Source of the DNA: the human T2T-CHM13v2.0 reference genome, Homo sapiens
Length of the DNA: 64,000 nt
NCBI RefSeq assembly: GCF_009914755.1
Contig: NC_060944.1
Strand: one strand, 5' to 3'
The position numbers and the translations under genes are program-made. Shown in pieces: positions 39,127 through 63,743 of the stretch; within the stretch, counting starts at the first letter, position 1; each line of letters starts with the position of its first letter. The notes below the pieces were generated by a model, which saw only the letters and a program-made list of their open reading frames with translations, did not search any database and had not been told where the DNA came from.

Positions 39127-41243
39127 GTGAGCGCCGATTTTGAGTCCCTTCCAGATCATCTGTTTGCCTGCCTCAGAACGCTAATTCTAATTTGGTTGGG
39201 GTTTAATCTTTGTATATCTGTGCCAAGCAACTGAAGCTTTTGTTTACCGTGTGCCAGGCACTGTGCTAAGGGATTATTTCACATAAGACCTCACAGCAAC
39301 CTGTTTATGTCCCTGTTCTACAGACAAAAAGATTGAGGACCAGAGAGGTTAACTTGCCCAAGATCACACAGCTAAAGCCCATGCTGTTAGCAACTATAAA
39401 AGAGTAGTTTCATAAGTTGAGAGGAGACAATTGGGCACCTCTTCCCTAATCAAAAACAGTTCCCCTGATTTAATATATGGGGTAGATCTCAAGGATTTTG
39501 GTTTTTCTTTAATTGCATACTGATGAGCAGGTTACAGAAATAGCTACATAACTAATAAAAACCACCAAAGTACATGATTTTATCTGGGGACCTTTTTTGA
39601 TGGGCGGTTCGTGATTTTGTAAGAAGTGGAAATAGGAAGGGGAACAAACCATTATTAAATACCTCCTGTGTGTGGGCCATGCCATGGGTTTTACATGCAT
39701 TTAATTTAATTAATGGCAAGCCCAGGAATAGTATCCCTGTTTTACAGATGAGGAAATTGAGAATCTGAGAGATTGAGCAACCTGTCCAAAATTAATCAGC
39801 TAGTAAGTAGCAGAGCCAGGGTTGAATATGGATTTCTCTAACTCAGAAGCTCATGTTCGGGCTGGATGCAGTAGCTCTTGCCTGTAATCCCAGCACTTTG
39901 GGAGGCCGGGACGGGCAGATCACTTGGGGTCAGGAGTTCGAGACCAGCCTGGCCAATATGGTGAAATCCCGTCTCTTCCAAAAATACAAAAAAAAATTAG
40001 CTGGGTAATCCCAGCTGCTCAGAGGCTGAGGCAGGAGAATTGCTTCAACCTGGGAGGCAGAGGCTACAGTGAGCCGAGACCACACCACTGCACACCAGCC
40101 TGGATGACAGAGGCAGACTCTGTCTCAAAAAAAAAAACTCATGTTCTCTCCACTGAACATTAAATTAGAAATATGTCTGAATATGCTGTGACCATGATGT
40201 GGAAATTGTTCAGTGGGAACTATTTTTTTTGAGACAGGGTCTTGCTCTCTTGCCCAGGTTGAAGTACAGTGGGGTGATCACAGATCACTGCAGCCTGGAT
40301 CTCCTGGGCTCAATCAGTCCTCCCACCTCAGCCTCCTGAACTGCTGGGACTACAGGTGCATGCCACTGTGCCTGGCTAATTTTTTGTATAATATTTCTGC
40401 AGAGATAGAGTTTCACCGTGTTGCCCAGTCTGGTCTTGAACTCCTAGCCTCAAGGGATCCTCCTGCCTCAGCCTCCCAAAGTGGGGGATTTACAAATGTG
40501 AGCTACCACACCTGATTGAAACATTTTAATAACTGTTTTGCCTCTCAGGTCAACTTTGTTTTCATATTAATTGCTCCCAGTCTTCCAAGTGTATGGCAGG
40601 CTGTCCCCAGGAGGTGGCAGGATTGGCAAAGGCAGCATATCATCATTTTAACCAAATGGACATTAGAACTCTCTATGAAGGCATAATTAGATGCTGTTTA
40701 CTTTAAACGTATCTCCTATGTGGACCTGGGAGCCTTGGTCTGTTTTGCTCAGTCAGTAAATATGTGACCCAGTTTCATCTCATATTAAAAGACCTTTGTT
40801 GTGTTCTTCAAAATTTCTACTGTTCCTGTTATGGACAGTTTGGACAGAACAGTTTCTAGCTTCAGCCTCATATCGTATGAAGCTGTACATCCACATGTTG
40901 TCCTTCTCTTCTTGCCTAAGGCAAAAAAGTCAGACTTCACCAACATATTGTTTAGAACAACATAAATATTTTCCATGGTATTTCTACTATTAAATGTTAT
41001 AATGGGTAATATAGACTATAAATAACAGCTAAACAGCAGTTTTAGTCATCTTTATATCTCATGTCTAGCACAGTACATGGCACAAAATAGATGTTCTCAG
41101 GAACAGGACAAGGTGGGGGAGGCACTCAAGCGCTTAGTGTGTGAAATATAGTGAGATGCCCTCTCTCAGGGTCAGCACCAAGTGTAAGGTCTCCTGATGT
41201 GCTCACTTGCTTCACCCTAGTCTTGGCCCCAGATGCTTCTTAG

Positions 41244-41628
<385 letters not shown>

Positions 41629-41787
41629 TAATGAGCTTTTTCTACACTCTGGGTTGCTAAGTCTTGTTCAGTGATGATGAAAGCGTAAAAACTCTTGCCT
41701 CATTTGGAATCAAGGGGAGTAGTCGGCTGCTTTTCTCGTGAAGTGTGTCTCTGTTAGCATTGTACCTTCCAAACCGCATCACCATGA

Positions 41788-41940
<153 letters not shown>

Positions 41941-42003
41941 TAAGTGGCTTTACTTGGGCAATTGGATGTTTTTTAAATGGTTTTTAATTTTTTTTAATTA
42001 CAG

Positions 42004-42175
42004 GTAAAAAATAAAATGACGAAAGAGCAGTATATTAAAATGAATCGGGGTATCAATGATAGTAAAGATCTGCCAGAAGAGTATCTCTCAAGCATCTATG
42101 AAGAGATAGAAGGCAAGAAAATTGCAATGAAAGAAACAAAAGAGCTAACGATTGCAACCAAATCTACTAAGCAGA
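42004..42175 (+). CDS. ARFGEF2: exon 18 (172 nt), [10 protein letters not shown]...TKSTKQ
   Basis: ttacag|GTAAAA ... GCAGA|gtaagg. Confidence 0.96.
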
Positions 42176-42797
42176 GTAAGGTCTAATGGCAAATTATTTC
42201 TTTTAGTTCTAATTTTTTAGTGTATCAGAATGCATGATTAAATACTCTGGTGATAAATTTAATGTGCATAGCTGGATATCTGAATAGGAAATGTGATTGA
42301 ATTAATTATTGTGATTATGTTGGGACTTTTATAATGTCACTGTCTTGCTAGATTTCTGATGAGGAGCAAGAAGGAATTTAAAATTAGTAATCTGAGAACT
42401 AAATTACTCCCAAAAAGTGTTCTTTAAAACTTTTCTTTAATTCAGATTGTGTCCGCCTTGATTAGAATTCTATTAGTTATGGCCCCTGGGGAGCTGTCAG
42501 TTTCACTGTTTGAGAAGCAGCAAAGGGTAGTGGTTTAGAGTGTGGCTCTAGAGCCACACTGCCTTAGATCAAGTCCCAGCTCCTCTACTTAGTAATTGTA
42601 TGACCCTGGGCAAGTGACTTACCCCCTCTGCCTCATTTTTCCCATCTGTAAAATGGTAATAATAATATTTGTAATGGACTCACGAGATGGTTGGGAGGAT
42701 TTAGGAGTTAATCATTGTGCATCTTTTGAAACAGTGTATGGCATGTAGCCAGCCCTCAGTGACTGCTAGCCACACCTATCATGCTCTTACTTTACAG

Positions 42798-42949
42798 ATG
42801 TAGCTAGTGAAAAGCAGCGGCGGCTGCTGTACAACTTAGAGATGGAGCAAATGGCTAAAACAGCCAAAGCTCTGATGGAGGCTGTGAGCCATGCCAAAGC
42901 CCCGTTTACCAGTGCCACTCACCTGGACCATGTCCGGCCAATGTTCAAA
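42798..42949 (+). CDS. ARFGEF2: exon 19 (152 nt), NVASEKQ...VRPMFK
   Basis: ttacag|ATGTAG ... TTCAAA|gtgagt. Confidence 0.96.
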
Positions 42950-43068
42950 GTGAGTATCCTGAGAACTTAGCAAGCATGTGGCTAAGCCTGATTCTGAAGC
43001 TGGCCAGCGAGAAGTACTCTTTCCACGCTAAAACTCTGGATGTTATTGAAATCTTCCTTCCATGATAG

Positions 43069-43197
43069 CTGGTGTGGACGCCACTATTGGCAGCCTACAG
43101 CATCGGACTCCAGAACTGTGATGACACTGAAGTGGCCTCCTTGTGTTTGGAAGGCATCCGATGTGCAATCCGAATCGCCTGCATCTTTGGAATGCAG
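43069..43197 (+). CDS. ARFGEF2: exon 20 (129 nt), LVWTPLL...CIFGMQ, HDS1
   Basis: tgatag|CTGGTG ... ATGCAG|gtaggt. Confidence 0.96.
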
Positions 43198-43410
43198 GTA
43201 GGTGTAAGTCAGCAACACTCCAGAGATACTGGTGGGTTGTGCTCTTTTAGATTTGGCAAAACTTAGAAATTATCAGAAATTTTCAGTTAATCAAGACTCT
43301 TAGCAAGCTACTTACTTATGCCTACTGACAAGAAATCCGTAGCTTTGTGATGACAGCTCGTTAGGGGCAAAAATGGAGATACGGATTAAAACTGTCTTTA
43401 AGAATGGGTA

Positions 43411-43814
<404 letters not shown>

Positions 43815-44552
43815 TTAACATCAGTTTTTATTATAATTTCGCATATTTCCAACTCTTCCCTGGAGAAACAAGTAGTTCAATGCAATATGAATATGTCTGT
43901 AAACCTTTGAAACTTGAAAAGTTCAAGCAAATAAATGAAATGTAATTCTGAAACTGTTACGAAATTAGGAGGTTGACAATCCCATGCATCACTTTGTAAG
44001 TCAGAAGTTGCACCCCATTTATTTTTAAAAACTCAATCTTCTGTTCCTATTCATTTTACAGTTAGACATTTTCTTTTATACCAAGACCACAAGCTTTGAC
44101 GTTAGACCATCTAGGTTTCAAGACCCCACTCTGCCACCTCTCCAACCATGTGACATTGGCTCAGCTAAAGTCTCTCTGAGACACCAATTCATTTCCTCAT
44201 TTGTAAACTTGAGAAAACAGACCTGCCTGGCAGAATTGTTGCAGATGTCAATTTGTGTGACAGTCTTAGTATTCAACAGACATAGTGGAACATGGGACAG
44301 GTGAGTTTGACTGAAGTCAATTAGAAAGGAGAGAGCTGCTTCTCAAACATGTGGCAGTGCATAGATACCTCTGCAAGATGTTCCAAAAGCAAGAGGGCAT
44401 TAGCATGGAATAACTGTTGTGCTAATGTGCAGAAAGCCAGTCAATGTGCATACAAAAAGTATCAGAGAAGCCCAGTGTGCCAGCCCTGCAGATGTGAGAA
44501 TGGCCACACTAAGGTTGGAGTCACAGTGTTCTCTCTTGGGTTTCTGTTACAG

Positions 44553-44711
44553 CTGGAACGAGATGCCTATGTTCAGGCTCTTGCTCGCTTCTCCCTACTC
44601 ACAGCCAGCTCCAGCATCACAGAAATGAAGCAGAAAAACATCGACACCATTAAGACGCTTATCACAGTGGCTCACACCGATGGCAACTACCTTGGGAATT
44701 CCTGGCATGAG
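44553..44711 (+). CDS. ARFGEF2: exon 21 (159 nt), LERDAYV...GNSWHE
   Basis: ttacag|CTGGAA ... CATGAG|gtacgt. Confidence 0.97.
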
Positions 44712-46273
44712 GTACGTGTCTCTTTGAATTGCCTTTTCTCAGTTAGGATGACTCCTGGCTTCCTTTTATTCATTGTTGATCTCATTTGGTCAGTTCTGTT
44801 TTTCTTGAAGTCAAATCACTGTACCTCATGTATCTGGAAGTCACCCTCTCTGGGGCTGTGAAAGGCGGGGGCGAGTTCAGGCGCACCAGCTCACAGTGAG
44901 CACCCTTGCACCCAGCAGCCAGTGTCCCCCATGAAGTGTACTTCTGTTGTTGCAACTTTCTTTCCATATTAGTGCCATTTTTTTTTTTTTTTTTAGTCCT
45001 TATGTACCTCTTGGGAGCTTGGGAGCTCCTGTGATCAATGTGTAATTTTAAGACAAAGCCAGGAGCCTGATTAGAAATGGTTGATAGTCACAATGAGCTG
45101 TTAGGGAGAGTGCCAGTGAATTCACATGTTTTTAAAACAGTATTCTAAGATTCTCACCCAAGGATATAGTTACTTATGTGTACAACAATGTATTTAAAAG
45201 GATATTTGTTGCAGTTTTAGTTGTTCTAGGGAAAAGTTTGGGTTAAAAAGAGCTAGATGTCCCAACAATATAAGAGATTGCTACTTTTTTTAAAAAGTAT
45301 GGTACAGCATTTTTTAGAATGTTATGTGGCCATTTAAAATAATGTTGTGGAAAAAAAAGACAGGCAGATAGTATGTGCTCTCTGATGGAAGTACACAATA
45401 CTACCTAAGAAATGTTCTAGCCCCAACTCAAATCTGAATTGATTCAAGCCTATATTGCCAGTTTACAGGAAATACAGTGGACAGAGAAGCATGTTAGATA
45501 TGAGGGTGCAGCTTGGAAATTCTAGGTGTGACAGACCTGCAGAGCAGATGACCAGGTTTTTCAGCAAAAAAATTGCAAGAAAAATAAGGGAGGAGGGTTA
45601 CCTATGAATTAAAAGAGATTTCAGAAAAGAAGATAAAAGATGATTTTAAAGACTATTGTGGGAAAATGGTCACAGTAAAATTACAAGTTGTTATAAGAGA
45701 TTGTGAGGCATTGTCTCTCGTGGCAAAATACACAGAGAATGCAGTTTGAAAGGATAGACCAAAGCATTAACATTCTGTCTGAGAAATAGAATTATGGAAA
45801 CTGTTTTATTCTTTTTTTTCTTAATTTCTAATTTTTTCTGCCATCTACATGTATTACTTTTTTGTTTAGAGAGAAAACTGTGAAAGAATAGAGATGAGGC
45901 TGTGGAGAATGTAAAGGACAGTTTGACATAGAAAATTGCTGTCATCCTTCTTCCCCATGTGGACCACATGGCTCAGATTCAGAGTAAAGGCTCTAGAGCC
46001 TGGCAACTGGGGTCTGATTTGGGGCTCCACCTCTTCCTGCCTGGATGGCACAGGCAGGTTACTTAGTCACCGAGTCCCACCTTCTTCATCTCTACAATCT
46101 TCACAGGGTGGTTATGAAAATGAAGAGGGCTTGGGACTGTATTTGGCAAGTAATAAGAACTCAATAGTGTTACCTGCTGTCATCTCCGTGGCGTATGGCT
46201 TTGCTCCTCTTCACCAGCCTTTCCTCTCTCTGTCACAACTCTGAGTAGTCCATGTTAGAAATAACTGAGTTAT

Positions 46274-46575
46274 GGCTGGGCACAGTGGCTCACACCTGTA
46301 ATCCCAGAACTTTTGGAGGTTGAGGCAGAAGGATGGCTTGAGGCCAGGAGTTCCAGACCAGCCTGGGCAACATAGCAAGACCCCATATCTTTAAAAAAAA
46401 ATTATTTTTTTAATTAGCTAGGCATGGTGGTTCATGCCTGTAGTCCCAGCTACTCAGGAGGCTGAGGCAGCAGGATTGCTTGAGCCCAGGAGTTCAAGGC
46501 TGTAGTGAGCCTTGATTGCACCACTGTGCTGCAGCCTGGGCAACAGAGCAAGACCTCATCTCTAAAATAAAAAAA
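46274..46575 (+). mobile_element. AluJ-like
   Basis: Alu body. Confidence 0.92.
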
Positions 46576-47963
46576 TATATATTTTGAATTGTGTGCTTTT
46601 TAAAATCATTTCCTGCCTTCTAAGGAGCCATAATACGTAGAGAATCAATGAATAGTTGCTTTTTCTTCTAAAACATTTTTTTAGCCTGGGAGGTATTATC
46701 AATATGAGGTTCCTGCTGCCAGCCAAGTATATGGCAGAATCTAGAAATGTTAAAAATTAATTAGCTACCTCTGCGGTTGTCAGAAGCCCTGAGAAATCAG
46801 CTTGGAACTAATAAGCCCTTGACCTTTCAGTATTGGTGACGTACTTGAGATTCCAGCTGTCCCCAGCTTCTGCAAAAGGGAGGACATTACTAGCTTACTA
46901 ATAATAATTTAATAGTGTGTGAAGAAATCAGGGGATGATTCTCTTTGGTGGAATTAAGTCTATTTCTCAGTCAAGAAGAAAGCAATTTATAAGTAAAGAT
47001 ACTCGGCAGTGCTCAGTGGTATAGTGGAGTCCTGGACTCTGGGACTGAGTTGTAAGGTCAGCGTAAAAAGCAACACTGAAGTTCAGTCAGAAGTTCCCAT
47101 GAAAATTCCTTAGGGTTTCCCTGGAGGTCTGTGTGCCATTCCTTGGTAAGTTTCATGTAGCCAGTGTTTCCTCTGACAGAAGTTGGGACCAGTTTCTGTT
47201 TCTACAGCTGAGCTTCAGGTAGGAGGGCCCGTGTGCAGATCTGCATTCTCAAGCACCAGAGGCACCCCTCAGTACCAGGAGATCCAGCCTCATCTCCCAC
47301 TGCATGCCTGATGTAGAGCATATTCTCATTCCTTCAGTTAAACCAATTAACGATTGCCAACAACTTTAAGTGCCAGGGACTTAAGTGTTCAGCAGTGAAC
47401 AAGACAGAGTTAATGCCCTCTTGGCACCTAAGGCAGGAAACAAACAAATAGATATATGGTATAATGCCAAAAAGTGGTAAGCACTAAGAAAAAAAAAGTA
47501 TGAGCAGGACATGGTAATGGGAAGGTACGATCTCACAAGAAAGATCTCTTTGAGAGGGACACACATGTCTGAGCTGGGAATTGAAGGAGTGAGCCATGGG
47601 GAGACAACATTCCAGGCATAAGGAACAGTGAGTGCCAAGGCCCTGAGGTGGGACAAGAGATGACAAGTTAAAGGAGCAACAGTGAGGCCAATGAGGCTGG
47701 TGTCTTGTCGTCTCACGAGGAGGGTGGAAAAAGGAGGTGGGGGTGACTAAATGATGTGCCTATTAAGTGACATGGTGGGAGGAATCCGCCGCCCCAGTCA
47801 AATGCTTTTTCTCTCTTTATTGAGAGCTTACTAAATTTGCATAAACATCTATATGGCATAACTCCATTGAATCAACTTTTTTTTAATGACTAACTTAAGA
47901 TTACAGTGCCCTTTTTCTAGCTGTAAGGTAGGAACTCATTTCTTCATGCCTTCTTTCTCTTAG

Positions 47964-48111
47964 ATCTTGAAATGCATCAGCCAGCTGGAGCTCGCTCAGC
48001 TGATAGGAACCGGTGTGAAGACGCGCTACCTGTCTGGATCTGGGCGTGAAAGAGAAGGGAGCCTGAAGGGCCACACATTGGCAGGAGAAGAGTTCATGGG
48101 CCTTGGCCTCG
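47964..48111 (+). CDS. ARFGEF2: exon 22 (148 nt), ILKCISQ...FMGLGL
   Basis: tcttag|ATCTTG ... CCTCG|gtaaga. Confidence 0.97.
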
Positions 48112-49295
48112 GTAAGACACCAGGCCCCACAGCTAACAGTCACGGATTTGCAAGCTAACGGGGATGAAACCCTTCTTGTCTCATCAGGACTGTCCTGTAA
48201 ACCGTCTCTTCCTTTTGTGCCATCTGACAGTGTTCATGAATGCAAGTGGACGTGCTGCTTTGGCCTCTTAATTGTGATTAAACTGTTGAGTAAAATGTCT
48301 ATTTTACCAAAGTCAGTAGGGTGCATTACTTTTCTTTCTATACCTATCACTATATTGGGGAGAAAAACCATTTGCTTTAAAATGTTCAGATCTCTAGTGC
48401 CTGACATTAGAGGGGTGTGTATTTGTGTCTCTAGGTTTTAAAGGGTAGGTTCAACATTTCTTCCATCTTTATTGGGGGGCTTTTATTAAACAGTATTCTT
48501 ATGCAAGTAGAATTATTTCTCTGGCTATACATTGGATTGAGAAACTCTTCTGATTGATGTAACATGGTAATAATAGTAAATAGGGCAAACAGATGTGCCA
48601 AGTCATATTCTGAGCACTCAGTTTATATATTTTAACTCATTTAATGCTCAAAACAATCCAATGAGAACAGGGACTGTTATATTCCCCATTTTGCAATTGA
48701 GAAAACTGAGGCACGGAGTGAAAAGATATGAGCAGCATCATACTGCAAAGGAGTGGCAGAGGTAGGATTCAAGCCCTAAGCCATCCAACTACGGAGTGTA
48801 GGCTTCTAGGTCCCATTTAGTGAGTGGAATAGTACAGTGTCATGGTTAAAAGTATGGACTCTGGAAAAATGGGGAATTGTAATAGCACCCACTTCTTAGG
48901 GTTCTCGTGAGGATGAGTGTAATGAAAGTCTGTGAAGCACACCAAGCATTCAGCAGGTGTGAGCCATTAATGTTCTAGGAGCTCTGGATTAATATCAATT
49001 GATTCAAATTTGTTTTCCTAAATATAGGCCTTTAATACTATAAAAATGTAAAAGATTATAGAGAAAGGTAGATGGTTGGTAGAAACAAGAAAGCTTATAC
49101 TAAGGATATATTTTAAATGCCCAATGCCAAAACAAAACTTTAATTTTATCATCAGTGGGTTTTTGTTTCTTTTTTGAACTTGCAGAGTCATTCCCATTTA
49201 TGTCCCCTGTCCCTGCGTGTTGACATAACAGGATGCTTTGTTCTAAATACTTGACTGTTTTTGAAGTACTGCTGATTTTGTGCATTGTGTTTCAG

Positions 49296-49395
49296 GTAAT
49301 TTGGTGAGTGGCGGAGTGGATAAAAGACAGATGGCCAGCTTCCAAGAATCGGTTGGTGAGACCAGCTCGCAGAGTGTGGTTGTAGCTGTGGACAG
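49296..49395 (+). CDS. ARFGEF2: exon 23 (100 nt), GNLVSGG...VVAVD(R)
   Basis: tttcag|GTAATT ... GACAG|gtaatg. Confidence 0.96.
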
Positions 49396-49700
49396 GTAAT
49401 GATTTTATTCTTCAGTGACCCTGAACTACACAGTGGTTTGGTGGCCTCTCTGTAGTTACTGGACATGAATGATTCCTAATTTCTTTAACTGATACAAGTG
49501 TTGTTAGCTACAAATTGCTTAAGTGTCACATTTATTTGCATTTTGACCTTTTAGAAAAGGTATAACTTTAACATTGTGACAAATTATGTCAAAAATAAGA
49601 GTTTTTCGCTTATGTTGATGTTTTAAATTACCTTGTTTCCTTAGTAGAAATTATTTTTTTAAAAATCACAAGAAGAGTTTAGGATTAAAAGCCTACCCAT

Positions 49701-50272
<572 letters not shown>

Positions 50273-50807
50273 GCCTACCCATGAATGAGAGTTGGCTGAG
50301 TTGACAGTTTCCTTTTTTTTTTTTCTCCCCTCAAAACTTTTCCATTATTTCTCTTTACTCAAAACTTGACCTAAAAATCCAGGAGAGATATTTCCCATAA
50401 AGAAGCTTCGTACTTATTAGCAATCACTCTCCGTTTTCTTTTCTTTCCTTCCCCCATTCCTTAGTCACTGTAACCACTGATCTACAGATTTGCCTGTTCT
50501 GGACATTGTTCCATTGTCCATCTTTCCCTTTTTATTATTTTAATATTCATTATATTCTATTTATTAACCACGTAGTTTCCTTATACTAACATCTTTCCCT
50601 TTAATTCTATCCTTTTTCAACTCATGTATGTTGCCTCTATTGTTAAGTGCATATAATGTCGTGTCTTTTGTGTTCCCATCTTCTTCCACTGTTACTGCCT
50701 TCTGCCTTCTTTGTGTTAAATAGATATTTTCTAGTATATCATTTTACTTCTGGTCATTTCTTGTACTATATCTTATGTATTGATTGATTGATTGATTGAT
50801 TGATTGA

Positions 50808-51161
<354 letters not shown>

Positions 51162-51368
51162 TGAACCGTTCTATACTTGTAATACCACATCATTTATTTC
51201 GGTGGAGGTGTCAGACCTGATGTTTCCTCTCTACCTTGTCTGAGAGTTTGAGAAACTTCAGCTTCCAAATCTAATTAAAAAGAAAAAACCTGTGTGACCA
51301 GAGATCATCTGGCTTTTATGCCCAGTACTAAGACAGAAGCAGAATTGCCCTCAGTCTACCAAATCTAA

Positions 51369-51554
<186 letters not shown>

Positions 51555-51705
51555 TAGAGACAAGGTTTCACCATGTTGGCCAGGCTGGTTTTGAACTCCT
51601 GACCTCAAGTGATACACCCTCCTCGGCCTCCCAAAGTGCTGAGATTACAGGTGTGAGCCACCACACCCGGTCTAATGTTTATTTTGTCTGGAATTATCTT
51701 CCTAG

Positions 51706-51746
51706 GATTTTTACTGGGTCTACCAGACTGGATGGAAATGCAATAG
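51706..51746 (+). CDS. ARFGEF2: exon 24 (41 nt), [13 protein letters not shown]
   Basis: tcctag|GATTTT ... AATAG|gtatgt; needed to keep frame between exons 23 and 25. Confidence 0.95.
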
Positions 51747-51848
51747 GTATGTATTTGACTTACCTGTGAAAACTGCAGAAGCCTCACGCTGTGACCGTCT
51801 GACTGTTCCTAACGAGGCTTTGCTTGTGTTGTTGGGTCTGGCCTGTAG

Positions 51849-52018
51849 TTGACTTTGTCCGCTGGCTGTGTGCTGTGTCCATGGATGAACTGGCTTCCCC
51901 CCACCATCCTCGCATGTTCAGCTTGCAGAAGATTGTGGAGATATCATACTACAACATGAATCGGATCCGACTACAGTGGTCTCGAATATGGCATGTGATT
52001 GGAGATCACTTCAATAAG
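51849..52018 (+). CDS. ARFGEF2: exon 25 (170 nt), VDFVRWL...GDHFNK, HDS2
   Basis: ctgtag|TTGACT ... AATAAG|gtaact. Confidence 0.97.
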
Positions 52019-52531
52019 GTAACTCTTCAAATTTAAAAACCATTCCTGTTAAAAAAAAAAAAAAGTAGACAACTGAATTCAAAAAAAGAAGTGATAAATA
52101 ATTTGCCCTGTTTTTTAGATGCCTCTAATTCATTTTCCCTGTGCAGTCAAGGACAGCTTGATAGGAGTAATATCATACTTATATATTGGTAGCATTCATG
52201 TAGAATGAATTAAAAATCCAGTGGTATTGAAAATACTTTAATATCCCACATGCAGGATGTAGGCTAAGACCACAAAGATTATTACAGCCACTAGACAAAT
52301 ACACTGATGCTTGGAAGCATTGTGAAATGAAATCCAGAAAGGCCTTTTAAATGACCTAATGTTAAGTTACGTTCCAGGTAGTTTTACTCTTCAATGTCAC
52401 TGCTTCTTGTATTCCGGCACCTATTGCCACCATTCTTCTGAAACTTTTATTGAAAAAATTAATATTTGGGCCGGGCGTAGTGGCTCACGCCTGTAATCCC
52501 AGCACTTCGAGAGGCCAAGATGGGCAGATCA

Positions 52532-52774
<243 letters not shown>

Positions 52775-53097
52775 TTAAATCAGTAACAAGCCAAAGACCC
52801 ATCTGGGTTCTAAAACTGACAACTGTTGGGAATAAACCAGACTGAACTTCTTCCTCGTTACCAGAAGTTTTATTATATACATACAGACATATGCACACAT
52901 GTTGAATAAATAAAATGTCAGATATGTGTTTTATCACGGCCAAAAAACTGGGAACAAAGCAATCAAAAGAAATGTATGTGGCCGGGCGTCATGGCTCACG
53001 CCTGTAATCCCAGCACTTTGGGAGGCTGAGGCAGGTGGATCACAGGTCAGGAGATCGAGACCGTCCTGGCTAACATGGTGAAACCCCATCTCTACTA

Positions 53098-53310
<213 letters not shown>

Positions 53311-54567
53311 TCATTTGCCTCTTAAGGGAAAGGTAATAATAACAGCTTCCTACCAAAACACATTTCATGATCTCAAGAAAATTTTCTCAAACCTGGTGGT
53401 GAAGAGTTATAATACCAATGCTTAAAAATAGTGTTAGTAAAAAAACAATCCAGAAATTCTGTACATTGAATAGAGGAAAATCTTAAAAAGTAGTCTACCA
53501 TTGGGGTATAGAATAATCAATGGGGTGCTGGTAAATGATTTGTAGCATCTGCCAGTTTCTGTGTGTAAACACCCTGCCACAGCCAATTTAAAGTTAGCAA
53601 TATGATGTAACTAGGGAAGAGATGGGCACCTCATTACCTCTTGTGGACAGGTGCTAGTCTACTCCACCACTCCCCTGAAATGAAGCATTGTCATATGTAG
53701 GCTTGCTTCTAACTTGGTGCATCAGCTAATGAAAGTTCCTTGTTTTTCCATCAGCTCAAATTAAGGCACCTCACAGCACACTGTCTGTTTTACAAAATAA
53801 TCTGAGTGCTTCATGCTGGGCAGTGGACAGATGAGACCCCTGCCTGCATGGAGCTCCCTGTCATTTTATGATAAGATAACTGATGGGAAAGGATCAAGCA
53901 TGTCATGTATCAGGGTTATTGAGAAAACATGGTCAGGGAAGGTCCCTCTTTGGAGGTGGCCTTGAGAGGCACAGGAGCCTGTGGATGATCCAGGGGAACT
54001 ATTTGTTGAGTGGATGGTATCACTTTAAATAATCAACTAACTCAGCACCATCTTACCCACTATTCTGAGTAAACAAATTCCTAATTGGACCAATTGAAAT
54101 AATTGATGTGAATTTGCTTGAGAAAGAAAATGTGAATCATTGCGACTACTGTACCTTGTATTCTTGTCCAAACATGTGACAGCTAAGCCAGAACAAACGC
54201 TGCTCATTTATTCCACAAGATCATTTGGCTAGCAACTGTGGAATCCTTTGTTCTCTCAGAAATGACTAGCTAAAAGTGTTTTGGTAAACGTTTTCCCAAC
54301 TCTTTAAAGTCTGCATTTTGTGTTCATTGGGACTTCTGTTTTGGGAGGGGAACATCAGTTTGCTCAAGTTACTCTTCCCACCTGTGATTCTGTTGTGAAG
54401 AATCTGTGTGTGCCAATTCTCAGTATGTATGGACCACTTACAGGCAAGGTTGGGACATAGGGTGGCAGGTGGGAACCAGACATTTAATTGTCATCAACTT
54501 CATTACAAATGTCTGTTTATTTAATCAGTGCTGTTTAAGCACCAGGTCATGGAAAACTCAGGAACTC

Positions 54568-58361
<3,794 letters not shown>

Positions 58362-58480
58362 TTAAATGCATATTTAATTAACTATGCAATACTGATTTCG
58401 TCATTACACTTAAAATAAAACTGGACAGATCATAGCCAAGAAATAGCATTTTCTTTTCTCCTTAGGTGTGTTTTCCCTGA

Positions 58481-58864
<384 letters not shown>

Positions 58865-58966
58865 TGATTCACATCGATTTTCCTTAAACAAATCTCACTA
58901 AAATCTATGTGTAGCCTTTCCTAGGAGGACAGATGTCACCCTGCAACTTGTAGAAATATGTCGTGA

Positions 58967-62978
<4,012 letters not shown>

Positions 62979-63743
62979 TGAAAGTCAAACCTGTAGTCCC
63001 AAGGCCACTGTACTGACTTTTAAAGATAGTACTATCGAAGCAGTAGGCTTATATAGCTTTCCTTCTTGCTATTTGTGAGATAATAAGGTTCCTCCATAAT
63101 TGTATGTCTTAACAGGTTGAGAGACAATTGCAGCTGTTCCAGAAAATCAGCCATTTTCTCTGTCTTCAGGTTTTACTTTATAATAATTTAGGTAAACATT
63201 GCACCTTAAACTATATATGTATACTCCAATCCACATATATGTGTTTATCACATAGGTATATCCCTACCCAAAAATCTTAAGAAGATACACACAAGAATTT
63301 AGTAATGATTATCTCTAGGTGGCAGAATTATATTATTTGAAATGTTTTTGGCCAGAAAAACTGACCAGCAGTGACTTAAACCACAAGGCTATTTATTGTT
63401 TTCGTAACAAGAAAGAAGTCAGAGGCAAGCATTCAACTTTGGTTCCATGGCCTGGATAGCGACCATTTATTTGAGACCCAGGCTTTTTCCTTTTGTTCTT
63501 CCATTCAGAGGGTCAGCTTCTCAACCTTGAGTTTATTGTTTCGTGATTGCAGGATGGTGGTTGTAGCTCTATGCACCATGCTAGGTTTGGAATGGAAGTG
63601 AGAGGAAACGGGGCAGAGCCCAAATGTGGATTGCTGTGTGCTATAAGAAATGTTTAAGTGCTGCTTCTAAGGGATGAGCTATGTTCATTTCTCTTCCCAT
63701 TCTCCAAAGTTCAGACGATATGGCCGTCCCATTCTTTCCTCAG

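Noticed and set aside
44349-44861. 170-aa ORF spanning exon 21 with an upstream ATG
   Set aside because: Only the 53 exon codons resemble BIG2; the flanks look like chance open intron with no promoter evidence
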